This document shows, one piece after another, positions 29,001 through 38,615 of a stretch of 64,000 nucleotides of DNA. Each line of letters begins with the position of its first letter. Positions within the stretch are counted from its first letter, which is position 1. The DNA comes from Acanthaster planci (taxonomy: Eukaryota): assembly GCF_001949145.1 (NCBI RefSeq), contig NW_019091360.1:3887816-3951815 (forward strand). The letters are read 5' to 3'. Position numbers and translations under genes: made by a program. The notes beneath the pieces were generated by a model, which saw only the letters and a list, made by a program, of their open reading frames with translations, was not told the origin of the DNA and did not search any database.

Positions 29001-30546
29001 CTAATAGAGTACCGGAGTGTGACGTCACTGTGAACGAGAAAGTGCAGTGCAAACGAATGGAGTACGCGCGCGTGTTGGTTCACGTATTCACTTCGGTACT
29101 CTATAGATCAATGCTAAGACATGTTACAAAAGGTTGTAGTTACATTCATTTATAAAAATCCATATGAAATTTGTATTTATCTGTGCTAACTTGAAAGGAT
29201 GTTACCTCATTCATAACGTATACCATCATTTGATTTACTACACAAACAGAGCTTTTACAATTACCCCCACATGCAGTACATGGTCTCATCCCAGACAAGA
29301 ACACAAACCAATTGTGTATGGTTTTCCACTTAATTACTGGTCACTGTTTAAGTCCTCCGCATATGAGAGTGAGTGTAGGAAAACTCAATGTTCATTTCTC
29401 CATCAGCAAGCAGCACACACCATGCATTGACTAATATGGTCAAGTTATGTGGTAATATACATCACTTACCTTGTGTTGTCTGGCTGTTTGCAGACCTGGC
29501 CTACTAGTCTACATATATGGGTGTCAGAGGTGTAAGCTTGTGTAGGGATGTAGGAACAAATTGAATGAGGGTTGATCTGAAAACTGGGCAGTCCAAATTG
29601 AAGGTCAGGGTTGGGATTTAGTGTAATCTTGGGGCAATGAACTTTAGTCTTTGTGGTTAATTTTTAGCTAAGTGCATGTGGGGGTGAGAGAATAGCTTTG
29701 CATGGGATTTTTGTTTTTAAAAAACAGTATTTGAGAATATTTTGCATAAAATTTTAGTTTGATAAGTACATGTACTTGTATTAGGTAAAGGTGCAAAAGA
29801 TTTTTTTCTCAGTTTGTGCCAATTAAGAGTAATAAACATTAGCCAATAATTAAAAAATGTGAAAGTTGAAAAACATGTATGTTGAAAGTTCAGGGTGAAA
29901 CTGATTGAATACAACATTAAGAATTGCCAGTTAGGAAAATGGGCACACGCTATGGTGATTTATGCCTGAAAATTTCAGTGTAAGTAAAAACTTGAAACAA
30001 TAAAATAGATTGAACATTTAGGAGCAATTTAAGACCAAACAAAATTTTGGCATGGAAAGTGTATCCAGAATGCCTGAAATGAAGCCAATATTAGCATCTG
30101 ATTTTTGAAAAGAAAACAGAGATTCAAAATTTATCAGATGTTTTCAGTAACTGTTTGAATTTCTAAGAAATTAATCTTGAGCATAATTGTTGTTGAAGGA
30201 GTTTTCCTAAGTGGAATAAACCATTGGTCCTCAGCAAAGTAGACCTTTTGTAGTATGAAAACGTAACAAACCTGTTGGGTAAAGAATGTTATGTTGGTGA
30301 CTGAACTGCATTGGATATTGATAAATTGAGGAGGATTTCCAACATGTGTCAATGCTAAGATTTAGTCTTTTTTTTTTCAGAAAAAGTAAACATCAACAGA
30401 GATCGACGACGTGCATCCACTGCAAAGCACTGAGAGATGATGCAGGGGAAGATGGACTGACAGTGTGCGAGATGTGTGCTCAGAGAGCAATGGCCAGTAG
30501 TCAAGAAACTCTGATGGAAGAAGAAGAAGACGCAGTCATCAAATAG
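1940..30546 (+). CDS. Whole spliced model: obscurin/UNC-89/Trio-family RhoGEF (Ig x3, SH3 x2, DH, PH, SH3, Ig, Cys-motif tail), 23 coding exons, about 1902 aa
   Basis: All exons listed below have GT-AG boundaries with consistent phase and sum to 5709 nt (divisible by 3). The DH motif [18 protein letters not shown] is Trio/Kalirin/obscurin-like. The start ATG is uncertain, and exons could lie upstream or in the N gap. Confidence 0.85.
3615..3812 (+). CDS. GEF gene exon 2, C-terminal half of Ig domain 1
   Basis: gtgcag acceptor, aaag|gtaagt donor. I-set motifs VTWYKD and DDEGEYTC. Confidence 0.9.
5379..6329. other. Assembly gap (N run)
   Basis: Run of n. ORFs spanning it are artefacts. Confidence 1.
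6807..7428. mobile_element. Non-autonomous DNA transposon (MITE-like), about 620 bp
   Basis: 26-bp perfect terminal inverted repeat tcacagttttcacgaagagacaattt / aaattgtctcttcgtgaaaactgtga, with internal degenerate copies near 6880, 7135 and 7222. Confidence 0.8.
8294..9388 (-). CDS. Intronless rhodopsin-like (class A) orphan GPCR, 364 aa, nested antisense in intron 2 of the GEF gene
   Basis: Seven hydrophobic segments. TM1 GN, TM2 LTCAD, TM3 Cys and ERY, TM4 W, ECL2 Cys, TM5 Pro, TM7 NSFINVIIY, helix 8 NQTFR, N-terminal NET sequon. First ATG is at 9388; the track started at TTG 9394. Confidence 0.93.
   Translation of the reverse strand: MDSAYSNETCNKDKWERGSGENRLCNGILRHVQVAVIVTLILLILIGNGLNLIIQFVIVLTKSLRSPHGYLLTSLTCADLGLGVSPSLSIYPAIRHSGWPHSCTVCLVMAFSSHIFFTVSAMMLASLSLERYIAIVHPLKYCRLLTKKAALITILISWVTGVLLSLPAFVENFVGFEYVPETYYCMLHYNKSMAYTAIVFFSLDLPYMLTVIVTSAKVCKSLIKRKCQQVLLIRPSAIVNSHSMGENSEMRRHASGKRSKHTAKLFRMTTSTAVAGCTCFNQYAIITTLVRVLEAVLVPSLFMFLSHWLLVANSFINVIIYFVMNQTFRDRGVELLQAVVSQLHIRVYINVLLGERRNAIDTVS
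10704..12332 (+). CDS. GEF gene exon 3 (1629 nt): long Ser/charged low-complexity region plus Ig domain 2
   Basis: Polypyrimidine plus tag acceptor, GCAG|gtgagt donor. Encodes [10 protein letters not shown]...[15 protein letters not shown]...[12 protein letters not shown]. Confidence 0.92.
13066..13851 (+). CDS. GEF gene exon 4: Ser-rich linker plus Ig domain 3
   Basis: ttgcag acceptor, GAGG|gtaaga donor. Encodes APKFVQP...[15 protein letters not shown]...[11 protein letters not shown]. Confidence 0.92.
14550..14662 (+). CDS. GEF gene exon 5 (acidic linker)
   Basis: ttgcag / GAG|gtaagt. Encodes [15 protein letters not shown]...HIEE; phase 1 to 0 bridges the neighbouring exons. Confidence 0.85.
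14847..14990 (+). CDS. GEF gene exon 6, SH3 domain 1 (N-terminal part)
   Basis: tgccag / ATG|gtaata. Encodes [36 protein letters not shown]. Not in the ORF track. Confidence 0.87.
15274..15370 (+). CDS. GEF gene exon 7, end of SH3 domain 1
   Basis: ttacag / CAGA|gtaaga. [10 protein letters not shown] completes the SH3 GxIP motif. Confidence 0.87.
15741..15853 (+). CDS. GEF gene exon 8 (linker)
   Basis: atgtag / GAT|gtacgt. Encodes [15 protein letters not shown]...KIIED; phase fits. Confidence 0.75.
17093..17409 (+). CDS. GEF gene exon 9, SH3 domain 2 plus acidic linker
   Basis: cccccag / AGAGG|gttagt. Encodes YMAVASY...FEVLD...WLVR...GWVPASYL. Confidence 0.93.
17820..17990 (+). CDS. GEF gene exon 10, start of DH (RhoGEF) domain
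   Basis: Encodes [17 protein letters not shown]...[13 protein letters not shown]. ccacag / AC|gtaagt. Confidence 0.95.
18307..18376 (+). CDS. GEF gene exon 11, DH domain
   Basis: Encodes [23 protein letters not shown]. aaacag / TGG|gtgagt. Confidence 0.93.
18656..18748 (+). CDS. GEF gene exon 12, DH domain
   Basis: Encodes [19 protein letters not shown]. accag / CTG|gtaagt. Confidence 0.93.
19217..19363 (+). CDS. GEF gene exon 13, DH conserved region 3
   Basis: Encodes [22 protein letters not shown]. ctacag / GAG|gtatgg. Confidence 0.95.
19470..19797 (-). mobile_element. tRNA-derived SINE (boundaries approximate)
   Basis: Minus strand begins with a tRNA-like head: A-box-like CCAAGTGGTTAGG and B box GGTTCGAATCC (19733-19743). 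A typical SINE core follows (plus strand ggtacccattttactccggggtggagagaggca...aagtaacttgcccaag). Confidence 0.8.
20052..20129 (+). CDS. GEF gene exon 14, end of DH domain
   Basis: Encodes [26 protein letters not shown]. ttacag / CAG|gtaaga. Confidence 0.93.
20405..20587 (+). CDS. GEF gene exon 15, PH domain
   Basis: Encodes LGKLYRQD...[17 protein letters not shown]...YIYKSHL. ctccag / ATG|gtaggc. Confidence 0.93.
20989..21078 (+). CDS. GEF gene exon 16, PH domain
   Basis: Encodes [30 protein letters not shown]. ttttag / CTG|gtaagt. Confidence 0.88.
21171..21961. mobile_element. TA-flanked non-autonomous DNA transposon, about 790 bp
   Basis: Imperfect TIRs: TGGCAGGTTCCTCAAAATATGGAC versus the reverse complement of the right end TGGCATGTTCTTCATAAAATGGAC. 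TA on both sides. Confidence 0.65.
22219..22327 (+). CDS. GEF gene exon 17, PH C-terminal helix
   Basis: Encodes [18 protein letters not shown] with the conserved PH Trp. atttag / TTTG|gtatgt. Confidence 0.9.
23553..23639 (+). CDS. GEF gene exon 18, symmetric 87-nt exon (possible cassette)
   Basis: cctcag / CCAG|gtattg. Encodes [29 protein letters not shown]; phase 1-1. Confidence 0.65.
24757..24896 (+). CDS. GEF gene exon 19 (Ser-rich linker)
   Basis: ttttttcccccaaag / TCG|gtgagt. Encodes [20 protein letters not shown]...DFSTFTS. Needed to convert phase 1 to 0. Confidence 0.8.
25317..25533 (+). CDS. GEF gene exon 20, divergent SH3 domain 3
   Basis: Encodes YEVLEDL...[11 protein letters not shown]...FHIQT...[10 protein letters not shown]. 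tcccag / GACG|gtgaga. Confidence 0.85.
25873..26151 (+). CDS. GEF gene exon 21, Ig domain 4
   Basis: Encodes PPAFTDKL...[15 protein letters not shown]...[14 protein letters not shown]. tttcag / AGAG|gtattc (phase 1). Confidence 0.93.
26443..26803 (+). CDS. GEF gene exon 22, Ser/basic tail
   Basis: ccacag / CTACA|gtaagt (phase 2). Open 120-codon frame. Confidence 0.82.
29004..29104. mobile_element. About 100-bp MITE-like element
   Basis: 16-bp TIR atagagtaccggagtg / cacttcggtactctat (1 mismatch). CpG-rich interior unlike the flanks. Confidence 0.7.
30381..30546 (+). CDS. GEF gene last coding exon with CxxC-x14-CxxC motif and stop
   Basis: Strong tttttttttcag acceptor, phase 2 matching exon 22. 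Encodes [15 protein letters not shown]...VCEMCAQR...[12 protein letters not shown] is followed directly by gtgagt. Confidence 0.8.
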
Positions 30547-32599
30547 GTGAGTAGTATGTTGCAGTTTTTGCCGTGCCTTCAGGTTGGTAATCTCAAAGAC
30601 TTCCCTCTTAACTGTACACTTAATGACAACAACTTGGCAATGACTAGGTATGATAGTGTTGATGCAGATATCAATTGCTTAAAAGTCAATTAAATTAGCT
30701 TAAAGGAAACTGGAGTAACAGCAAAGAAATAACCGTCATGTTACGTAGTATTATGACATTAACAGAGACAAATTTACTTCTGAAGTAGTGTGTCATTTCA
30801 TCATCATTAACCTAGATAAAAGTGGCCAAAATTATCTGTCCAAAATATGGCAATCTTAGAGCCCAATTTCATGGCACTTTGTACATGTACGGAAAATCTA
30901 CCCGATAAAAGCACCTCATCCAGTGGGTTTTTGGCAGCGTAGATTTTAGAATAAATGAAGCAACAGACCCTGTTTTAATCTGAGGATTTCTTAGCAGACA
31001 TCCGAGAAAGATTTGTGAATGGTCTTACAACCCCAGCTGGCTTGTGTTCCAAGGGCAAGACTGCTTGCTCCGTGCTGCCTCATGTCCACACATGCCCAGC
31101 ACGGAAGTAGGAACTTGATTATGACTGCAGGTCATCAGTGACCTTACAAAGAGACTGTGTTGATCCATCTGTGTTACACATGGACCGTAAAGGGTCAAGT
31201 ATTGTAAAGTGCATGTCATCATACTGAAGAGACTGCTCTTATAAAATAAAAAAAGTACTCTTCTCAAGACTCAAGAAGGATGCATTCTGTGAGGAAGACA
31301 GCTACTGTAGTTTGGCAGTACACCAGTCTGAGTAATTGCCAAAGGAGGTACATGTACTAAGGACAATCAAAAGTTATGCTTCTCAGAATTGACAGGAGTG
31401 AGATTTGGCCATTTCCAGATGACATCCTTGATCAGGAAGAAGATGCCTGGTTGCGAGATTGGCTCATCAATCACAGGCATCACTAGACCAGTTTGAATTG
31501 TGGAATGTGTAGCCACAACTATGCTGATGACCGCAGTGAGGGATAGCATTCAACATGAGGATTTTTTCCCTGAAATGTGTTGACTGCCTGAGATTGGAAG
31601 GGGAAACGCCTGTAGCTGAAAGGGTCACAAAATAATAAGATCAGAATTACAAACGGGTCCCGCAAAAGATATGGCTGCAGTTTGACAAAGAAATGTTATA
31701 GAGTTTTGCTCTCGAGTGTAACTAGTTGCCCATAAAAACGATGAATGAGAAAGTGAGCCCCCAGCAACATCCCTGACAGCAATCATCATGTCCGGGGTTC
31801 TAACCCTACCATGGTAACTGTGAAGATGACTTCTCAGTTTCCTCACTGATTCCATCCCATTCTCAATCTCAATCATTCTCAAGGGAAACTTCCATCTTCT
31901 GACATTTCCTGACATTTCCTCGCTTGAGCAGCACCTCAGTGTGCCTTTCCAAGAAATCTTGGCTGATCACCAGAAAACTAATGCAATCATTCATTATTCA
32001 TGGCACAACCTAGTCTGGGTCAGTTGACCTCTGACACTTCAATTGACATCTGATTGGATTAAACCAATCGGGTAATTCATGGCCAAGGCCAATGCAATAC
32101 TACTTCATTGAAGGGATGTCCACAGTGAAGATTAACGGACATTGATTGGTAGGAATTCCAGCCTTTATAGTTACAGCAATTTGTGGCAATTCAGACACAC
32201 CTCCACCTCAAAAAAAAGTCAAACTGTTTCTCTTTTCTGCAGAAGAAAAATGATTTTCTTCATGAAATGATAAAAAAATTGGAGGGGGGGAGTGAATCAA
32301 CTGAAGTGATTAAACAGTCTCTCAACTTAAACATGAGCAGGACAACATTGTGATATCCCTTGTTTATCCGACTTTCATGTTAACAATTTCGTGTGTACAT
32401 TTTTTTCTTCAGAAAGATTCTAATTACTGTAGTTTGTATTACAACGGAACAAAGAATTGAAAATGTTCATTAATCCGTGGATACTTGATGTAAGAAAATA
32501 AACCTAGTGTTATGTCATCAGTAATCGTTATCTTTAGCTCTACATGTGCATCATCCTCAACCCATCTACTCCCTTCCGTTACACATACGTGACAAGCCA

Positions 32600-33169
32600 T
32601 GCTAAGCCGGCTGATCGTTGCTCATATATGGCCAGCACTCACTGCTGGTAGCAGTCTATTTAAAAATGCCACTGGAGATACCGAGAGGTTATCCCACAAA
32701 ATGCTCCCCTCCACCAGAAATCCCAACATCATCCCTGGCACCAGCGCACCAATCACAGCCAGCGACAGACAGATTACAGAGGGACTGTCCTGCCCCGTGA
32801 TTGGCTGCAAGTGGGTACCACATACCTTGATTAACAGCAATGCCTTCTTTAGAACTCATTCCATGCATACCAGTCAGGAGGTCAGAGCTGGTTGTCATTG
32901 TGCGTGATCCCTGTCTCTCCTTCTCTGCCGCCGCCGATTCCTTGCATTAGGCTGCTAGGCCTCTGTCTTATATCCCTTTGCTTTCTTTGCTCGGCCGGTG
33001 TCTCGCTCAGCCTGTTATTTTTTTTCCTCGTGGTTTTTGCCCACGTTGGTTTCCTCTTCCACACACACATATCTGAGCTTAGCCAGCAAGCAAACTCCAG
33101 TCTGCTCAACTGCCAGTTCCAAGTCTTCTTTCAGTTAATCTCTCTCATTCATTGGAAGTCAGATTCAAC
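32600..33169 (+). promoter_or_regulatory. Putative internal promoter and 5' UTR
   Basis: CArG-like TCATATATGG (32622-32631, 1 mismatch), AT-rich CTATTTAAAAAT (32656), CCAAT (32749), ATTGG (32800). Raised CpG and a pyrimidine-rich leader precede ATG 33170. Confidence 0.55.
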
Positions 33170-33182
33170 ATGGCTGACAAGG
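33170..33182 (+). CDS. Micro first coding exon M-A-D-K (phase 1)
   Basis: Good Kozak context ttcaacATGG, then GCTGACAAGG|gtgaga donor. Confidence 0.7.
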
Positions 33183-35659
33183 GTGAGAACTTTTCTCCTT
33201 TTCTGTTGTTTCCAGTTGTTTCTGTTATTTTCAACTCACTGTTCTGTTATTGATTGCATTGGTCGTTCATGTTGCACTTTGTCATCCATTTCTAACATAA
33301 CCCCCCTGAGTCTCATTACTCCGACATTGTACATCATTAGCAATTTCTGAATGGCCTGTATTCCATTCTAAGTCTTATCAAGAAAAATGAACTTCTAAAT
33401 GTACATGTAATGTATATTATTCTAACCTTTAGTGTATTGCATGAAGGCTTCGATGAGTTCTGACACTTTGTCAATATCACGTTTTCAGAAATATACCTGT
33501 ATAATGGCAAAGGGGAAAAATTGGCACGTCTTTTGCATTGAACTCTCTCCTATTCCATCATTTTTCTTCCGCTATGATTTGCATGTTCAGCTCAGCCTTT
33601 CACCTCTCATACCATTCACTGGACATGCCATATTTAGCATTGTTATTATGCCTGGTATGCTGCCTTGGTATTACCAACACTGATGGCAGTTGCAATAACA
33701 GAACTAATTATTGTCTTGGGTGGATGCAGGCAGCAATAAGTGGGTATTTTATCATTTTGTGTGTCCTCTTATGGCTGGACAGTGTCCAGTTGGGGGATAT
33801 TATGCCCATTTGGAGAAATTGTGGTAATATCCCCTTTGGGGTTTTGTTCCCTTGGGGATGTGTTCCTTGACAGGATGTCCTCATTCTCATCCCCTTGGGA
33901 TATATCCTCCCCTTTGAGGTAGAATTTCCACTTGTTCTCTGCCTGGATTCACCCTTGACTGCAGCTGATAAGTTGTTACAAAAGGAATTGAGGTTTATTG
34001 ACCCAATCTTCGCCAGTCCTGACCAGCTCGGGAGGGGTGCGGCCACACCCACAGTGTCCAGTATCAAACTAGGCCATTTTGACCAGTGTAGACCAGATCA
34101 TTATGTTCATAAATATTTTTTAGGAAACGTCTTTAAAAAGAGATCAACAAAAACTGTTAACATGATCTAACTGCTTTCCTAAATTTATATTTGGGAATTT
34201 CTCATGGCACTTATGGTATTGTGTGTCATGTGTGCGCTTTGCATACAAGTGTTGTAAATTGCATGAAATGTAGGTATATTATCTTTTTTGCTCATAAGAC
34301 AATGCTTTATTTTGATTATGTCTTGTTCAAAAATTCTGAAAGATTCAAGAAAAATATCCTTGTACTTCGTTCCATTAAATGAAAAACGTGTACCAAATTG
34401 CATGTTTGAACATCATGACAAGCAACCTGAGAACCCTCCCGGCCTACATTTAACACCCCCCCCGGAAGTAAGAAACAAAATCAAAACAATAAAAAAAAGT
34501 TAGTACTTCCATCAGTAATCAGATCAACTTTGAGGTTATATTCCTATTGTTTACTCATGACAAGCTTTACTGGTAACCCTATAGGTCACTTAACATTTAG
34601 CGTTGGGTCAGGGGTCAGAGGCTGGTCAGAGATCAAAGTACAGCAAATGATTCAGGAAAAACTGTCCCAAAATATGTTTTTTTTTATGTTCCTCAGTTAT
34701 TACAAGGAACATAGTGTTCTTCCATCACATTAATGATATTTGTTTTTAATTTTGATGTTACTAACTTGCATTCGCATTCGCAGATTATTGTAGGCATAGA
34801 AATTAAATCACTGTTCTGTAAATGGAAGTTTGTTAGTTCTCTAAAGTGCTGTAAAGATGTTTGCAAAATTATTAATATCAAATATTACCAACCTTTCATT
34901 ATGAGTAGACACGGAGGGTTACTGGTCTTACATGTGTGGAATTCTAGCAAAATGAGATGGAACGAGGCATGGGCTTATCGGCAAAAAGTTGGGGAGTGAA
35001 GGAAATTGGAGAATTTTTGTGTTAATTTCACAGATTTATTGATGTTTGTTATTTTTGATATATAAATGCTCATGTTCTGTTAGGAATTTGTGTAAATAAA
35101 TCATGCGATAAAAATGATAGGAGAAAAAAATAGCATCTTTTCATTTACAAAACTCAAAACTTTAAGGGCCTTTTGCTCAGTGTTTTAGTTTAAGACGTAT
35201 TGTTACATGCCAATTATAAACACCCATAACTTGTCATTGAACTGAAATAATACAAACGGTATTGTAAAGAAATTTTGATTCTCTTTCCTAATAGCGACAA
35301 GCCCTCCTTTTAAACATTGCCCATTTCTCTCACATTTTGCCAGAATACCTCACATATCATTCCATTAAAGTAGCATCGTATGTCATCCCTGACAAATGGA
35401 GGAACAGTGAACTGGCAGAAAAAGAAGTGAAAAAGTTGACTTTTCTTAAGTGTAAACAAGCGAGTTTTGACACTAGGTAATGTGAACTCTTGCAGACATG
35501 AGGACTTAATTGATAATCAAGGTGACGAGATTTACAGTTGCCTTTTTGTTTGTTTCTTGGACAGTATGGTCTTTTTCTGACATGGGCATTTTCTTTCAAT
35601 TTGGCAAATTCATCAAATTAAAGGCTGTTTTTTTTTTGGTTTTTCTTTTTGGCATGCAG

Positions 35660-36003
35660 CCCCAGTGTTCACCCAGGAGATGGCTGACGTTTCTGAGATC
35701 GAGAAAAGCGCTGCCGCCTTTGTTGTCAAGATCACCGGAGAGAAGCCCATCACAGTCAAGTGGAGTGACGAGGATGGACCACTCGATATTGACGGTGTAA
35801 TAATCTGTTCAGAGGAGGATGAAGACGAAGGCATGTACATGTTGTCCATCACCGAAGTCGATTTTGAGAAGCACTCTGGTTTATATAGGTGTGAAGCAAC
35901 AAACAAACATGGCACAACGATTTCCGAAGCCACTCTATACGTAGAGGAAATGCCAGAGACTGCCAAGACCCTTGTCGACAAGGTTGAACACAAGGTTGAG
36001 TAA
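35660..36003 (+). CDS. Terminal exon encoding an acidic telokin-like I-set Ig domain (118 aa with the MADK exon)
   Basis: Long polypyrimidine tract plus atgcag acceptor. Encodes APVFTQEMADVSEIEKSAAAFVVKITG...VKW...SGLYRCEATNKHG...ATLYVEEMPE...KVE*. AATAAA at 36004. Confidence 0.85.
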
Positions 36004-38439
36004 AATAAATCAGCCGATTTATTTCTAGAGATTTCCCCTGTTAGTAGGACAGCCCCTCAAATGAACCCCAATCAGGACAATTGGACTGGAAGAATTCTCC
36101 ATTTGAACGAACTGGACTCAGAACTTTGCATCTTCGGTTGGCTGCAAAGACAACTGTCATGAGACAGTATCCAAGTGGTACTGGGCAGGTCTTTGTGAAG
36201 CCAGTGTGCATCAAGGCCGTGAACTTTTTTCCACACTCTACCAGCTAACTCCAAGCAAATTAACGTTGTCAGTTGAGGACTGTAATGTTACCAAAGTAGA
36301 CATATCTGTAGGCTGAAAACACAGACTCTTAGTAATCTTTCAACACATTTCAAGATTCAGGTTTCAAGATTTGTTCTACATCATGATAAAGTCATCCTTT
36401 TCTTCTGAATTTGTGCCTCTCTAAGATCCCTGTTAGTTCCTAATTTATGACATGATTTAAAAGCCAGTTTTTACTCTGCCTAATTACTGTAATGCAGACC
36501 CCTCAGTGATCAATACTCAGATGTTCCTGTTCACCTAGATAATTTTTGCTTACCACATTTTATGGAATTTACTTACGGGAACCTTACAAGGTCTGTCTTA
36601 CCAGAGTAAGAACAATGGAGCTAAATAACTTCCCGCATACAAGAAACTTTACTTGAATCATGTTTGATTAGAAAAAAATAATCAATATTTTAGGGTCCAT
36701 TTAAACATAGTAAAAGCTTAGAAATTTTTTTTTTTTAAATTTGAAATCAACTTGTCTATTGTGTCCAATGATGAGCTAAATCACACATTCATTACCAGTG
36801 CTGTCTGGATGTGATTTATTGGCTCTTTGTTCAACCTTTTCCCGTCAGTTGTTTCATCATTAGTTCTGTTCAGTTCATCCCGGGTTGAGCACCATTGTTG
36901 TTTCACCAATTGGACTCTCTGTACACTCCCATCACCAGCCACACCCTGGTATTGCCCCCCTCCACTGCCCTCCCCCCCTCCTCTACCCACTTGTCTGTCT
37001 CTGGATATGAATGATAATGGCATCTCATCAAGTGCCTTATTTACAGTGAGCTGCTACATGATTTTGTACCACGTCCTAGAAATCATTAAATCACTCAGTC
37101 AATCCAAAGAACATTAGGTGGGTTAAACAAGTAGAAAACTGCCTTTGCTTCGTAGCTATGTGTGCTGTGTACAAAGTTTATATTAATATTTATTCAATGT
37201 AAACAAATACAAATATGAAAAATGTAAAAGGAAAAAAAGGCTGCCTCATGAAGTAGATAAGATTGTTACATGTTACCGTTTGTCTGAATTGGATAACATT
37301 TATGCATTTTATTTCATTAGTAAGTAAAATATTTGTAGTGTTACAATACAAAAGCATAGAACAGTTTGAATAAGTGCTTGCTAGATTAGCTGTTTAGATC
37401 AGTGACATGTAGGCTGTGAGGAATATATGGAGATTATTCAGCCCTAGGTAACATATCAATTGTATGAGTAGCCTATTTGTACACGTTATATGTATGTAAG
37501 TTGGACACTTTTTATATCAAAGGCATAATTCAGAACTTCAGTATGCAATTTTTTATTCACTCGAAGTTGCTATTCAAGCACACGCATATTGTGAGATTTG
37601 AATTCTTTCAAAGGAAATCCAAGATATTCAGATTTCAACTGTTGTCAGTACTCCTTGAGCCCATGCATATTGCACTGAATATTACACAAGATCACAGGGA
37701 AATTCTGTAGCTTGTCTTGAGAAGATTATTATAGAAATATGAAAGCACCAAGATGTGTAGGACATTGCATTTGTGAATGCACAGACTTACCTATGACTTC
37801 ATAGTTTGGTGTAGACCTCCCTGCACAATTTATTTGAATGAGGCAAACAGATGTAACTATTAAAAGATATTTTAGCATTTCACTTCATCTTAAAGGACAT
37901 GCAGAAGTCTTGATGATACTGTCACCTCCCGATCAATTCTGATGTATTTTACAAATATGTTGTTTTAAATTATATAAATTATAATCGAATTATTCGAACG
38001 ATTTAAATTTACCAGGCCCCAATAAAAGACCTGATGGTTTGCAGAGAAACATTGTATATATGCTGTTTACAAATATTTTTTTTTTGATAATTTTGAAAAC
38101 TCCCTTTTTAAAAATGTGTTGTTCGGGATATAGGCTGCTTGTGGAAAATGTGTTTCTTGGACATTTGCTTCACAATCAGTCTCTTGAGATATTTTCATGT
38201 TTCTTCGTTAAAGGTTGTGTGCATTGTTTGGGTTGTTTTTCTTGGGTTGTAATTTCTCTCCACGCCATCATTTTCAGGTGATCCAGTCATGTCAAGTGCT
38301 ACTATCCTCTTTGATCTTTTCATACTTTTACTCTCCAACAACCTTTTTATCTTTCCCACTCGGGACGTCACAATCCCGCCAGTTATTTTGCCTTTGGGAG
38401 ATATTTTGCAGGCATTTGGAATGTCCGGCTTTTACTTTG

Positions 38440-38615
38440 GTTCGGTTGTGTTGGGTTGGGCTGAGTTTGGTTGGGTTGTGTGTGGTTTGGGTTATATTCA
38501 TTTTGTGTTGGTTTCATTTATTTTGTTTGTGGAGTTTGGTTTGGTTTGCTTTGTTTTCATTTCAACTTGGGGGAGGGGGGGTGTTAAAGTTTTGGTTTTG
38601 GGACTTTGTTTTGTG
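38440..38615. repeat. Degenerate GT-rich (TTTGG/TTTGT)n low-complexity tract
   Basis: Visible pentamer periodicity. Confidence 0.7.

Noticed and set aside
32892..33350. 152-aa hydrophobic ORF
   Set aside because: Non-ATG start. It reflects a pyrimidine-rich leader and intron and crosses the MADK donor.
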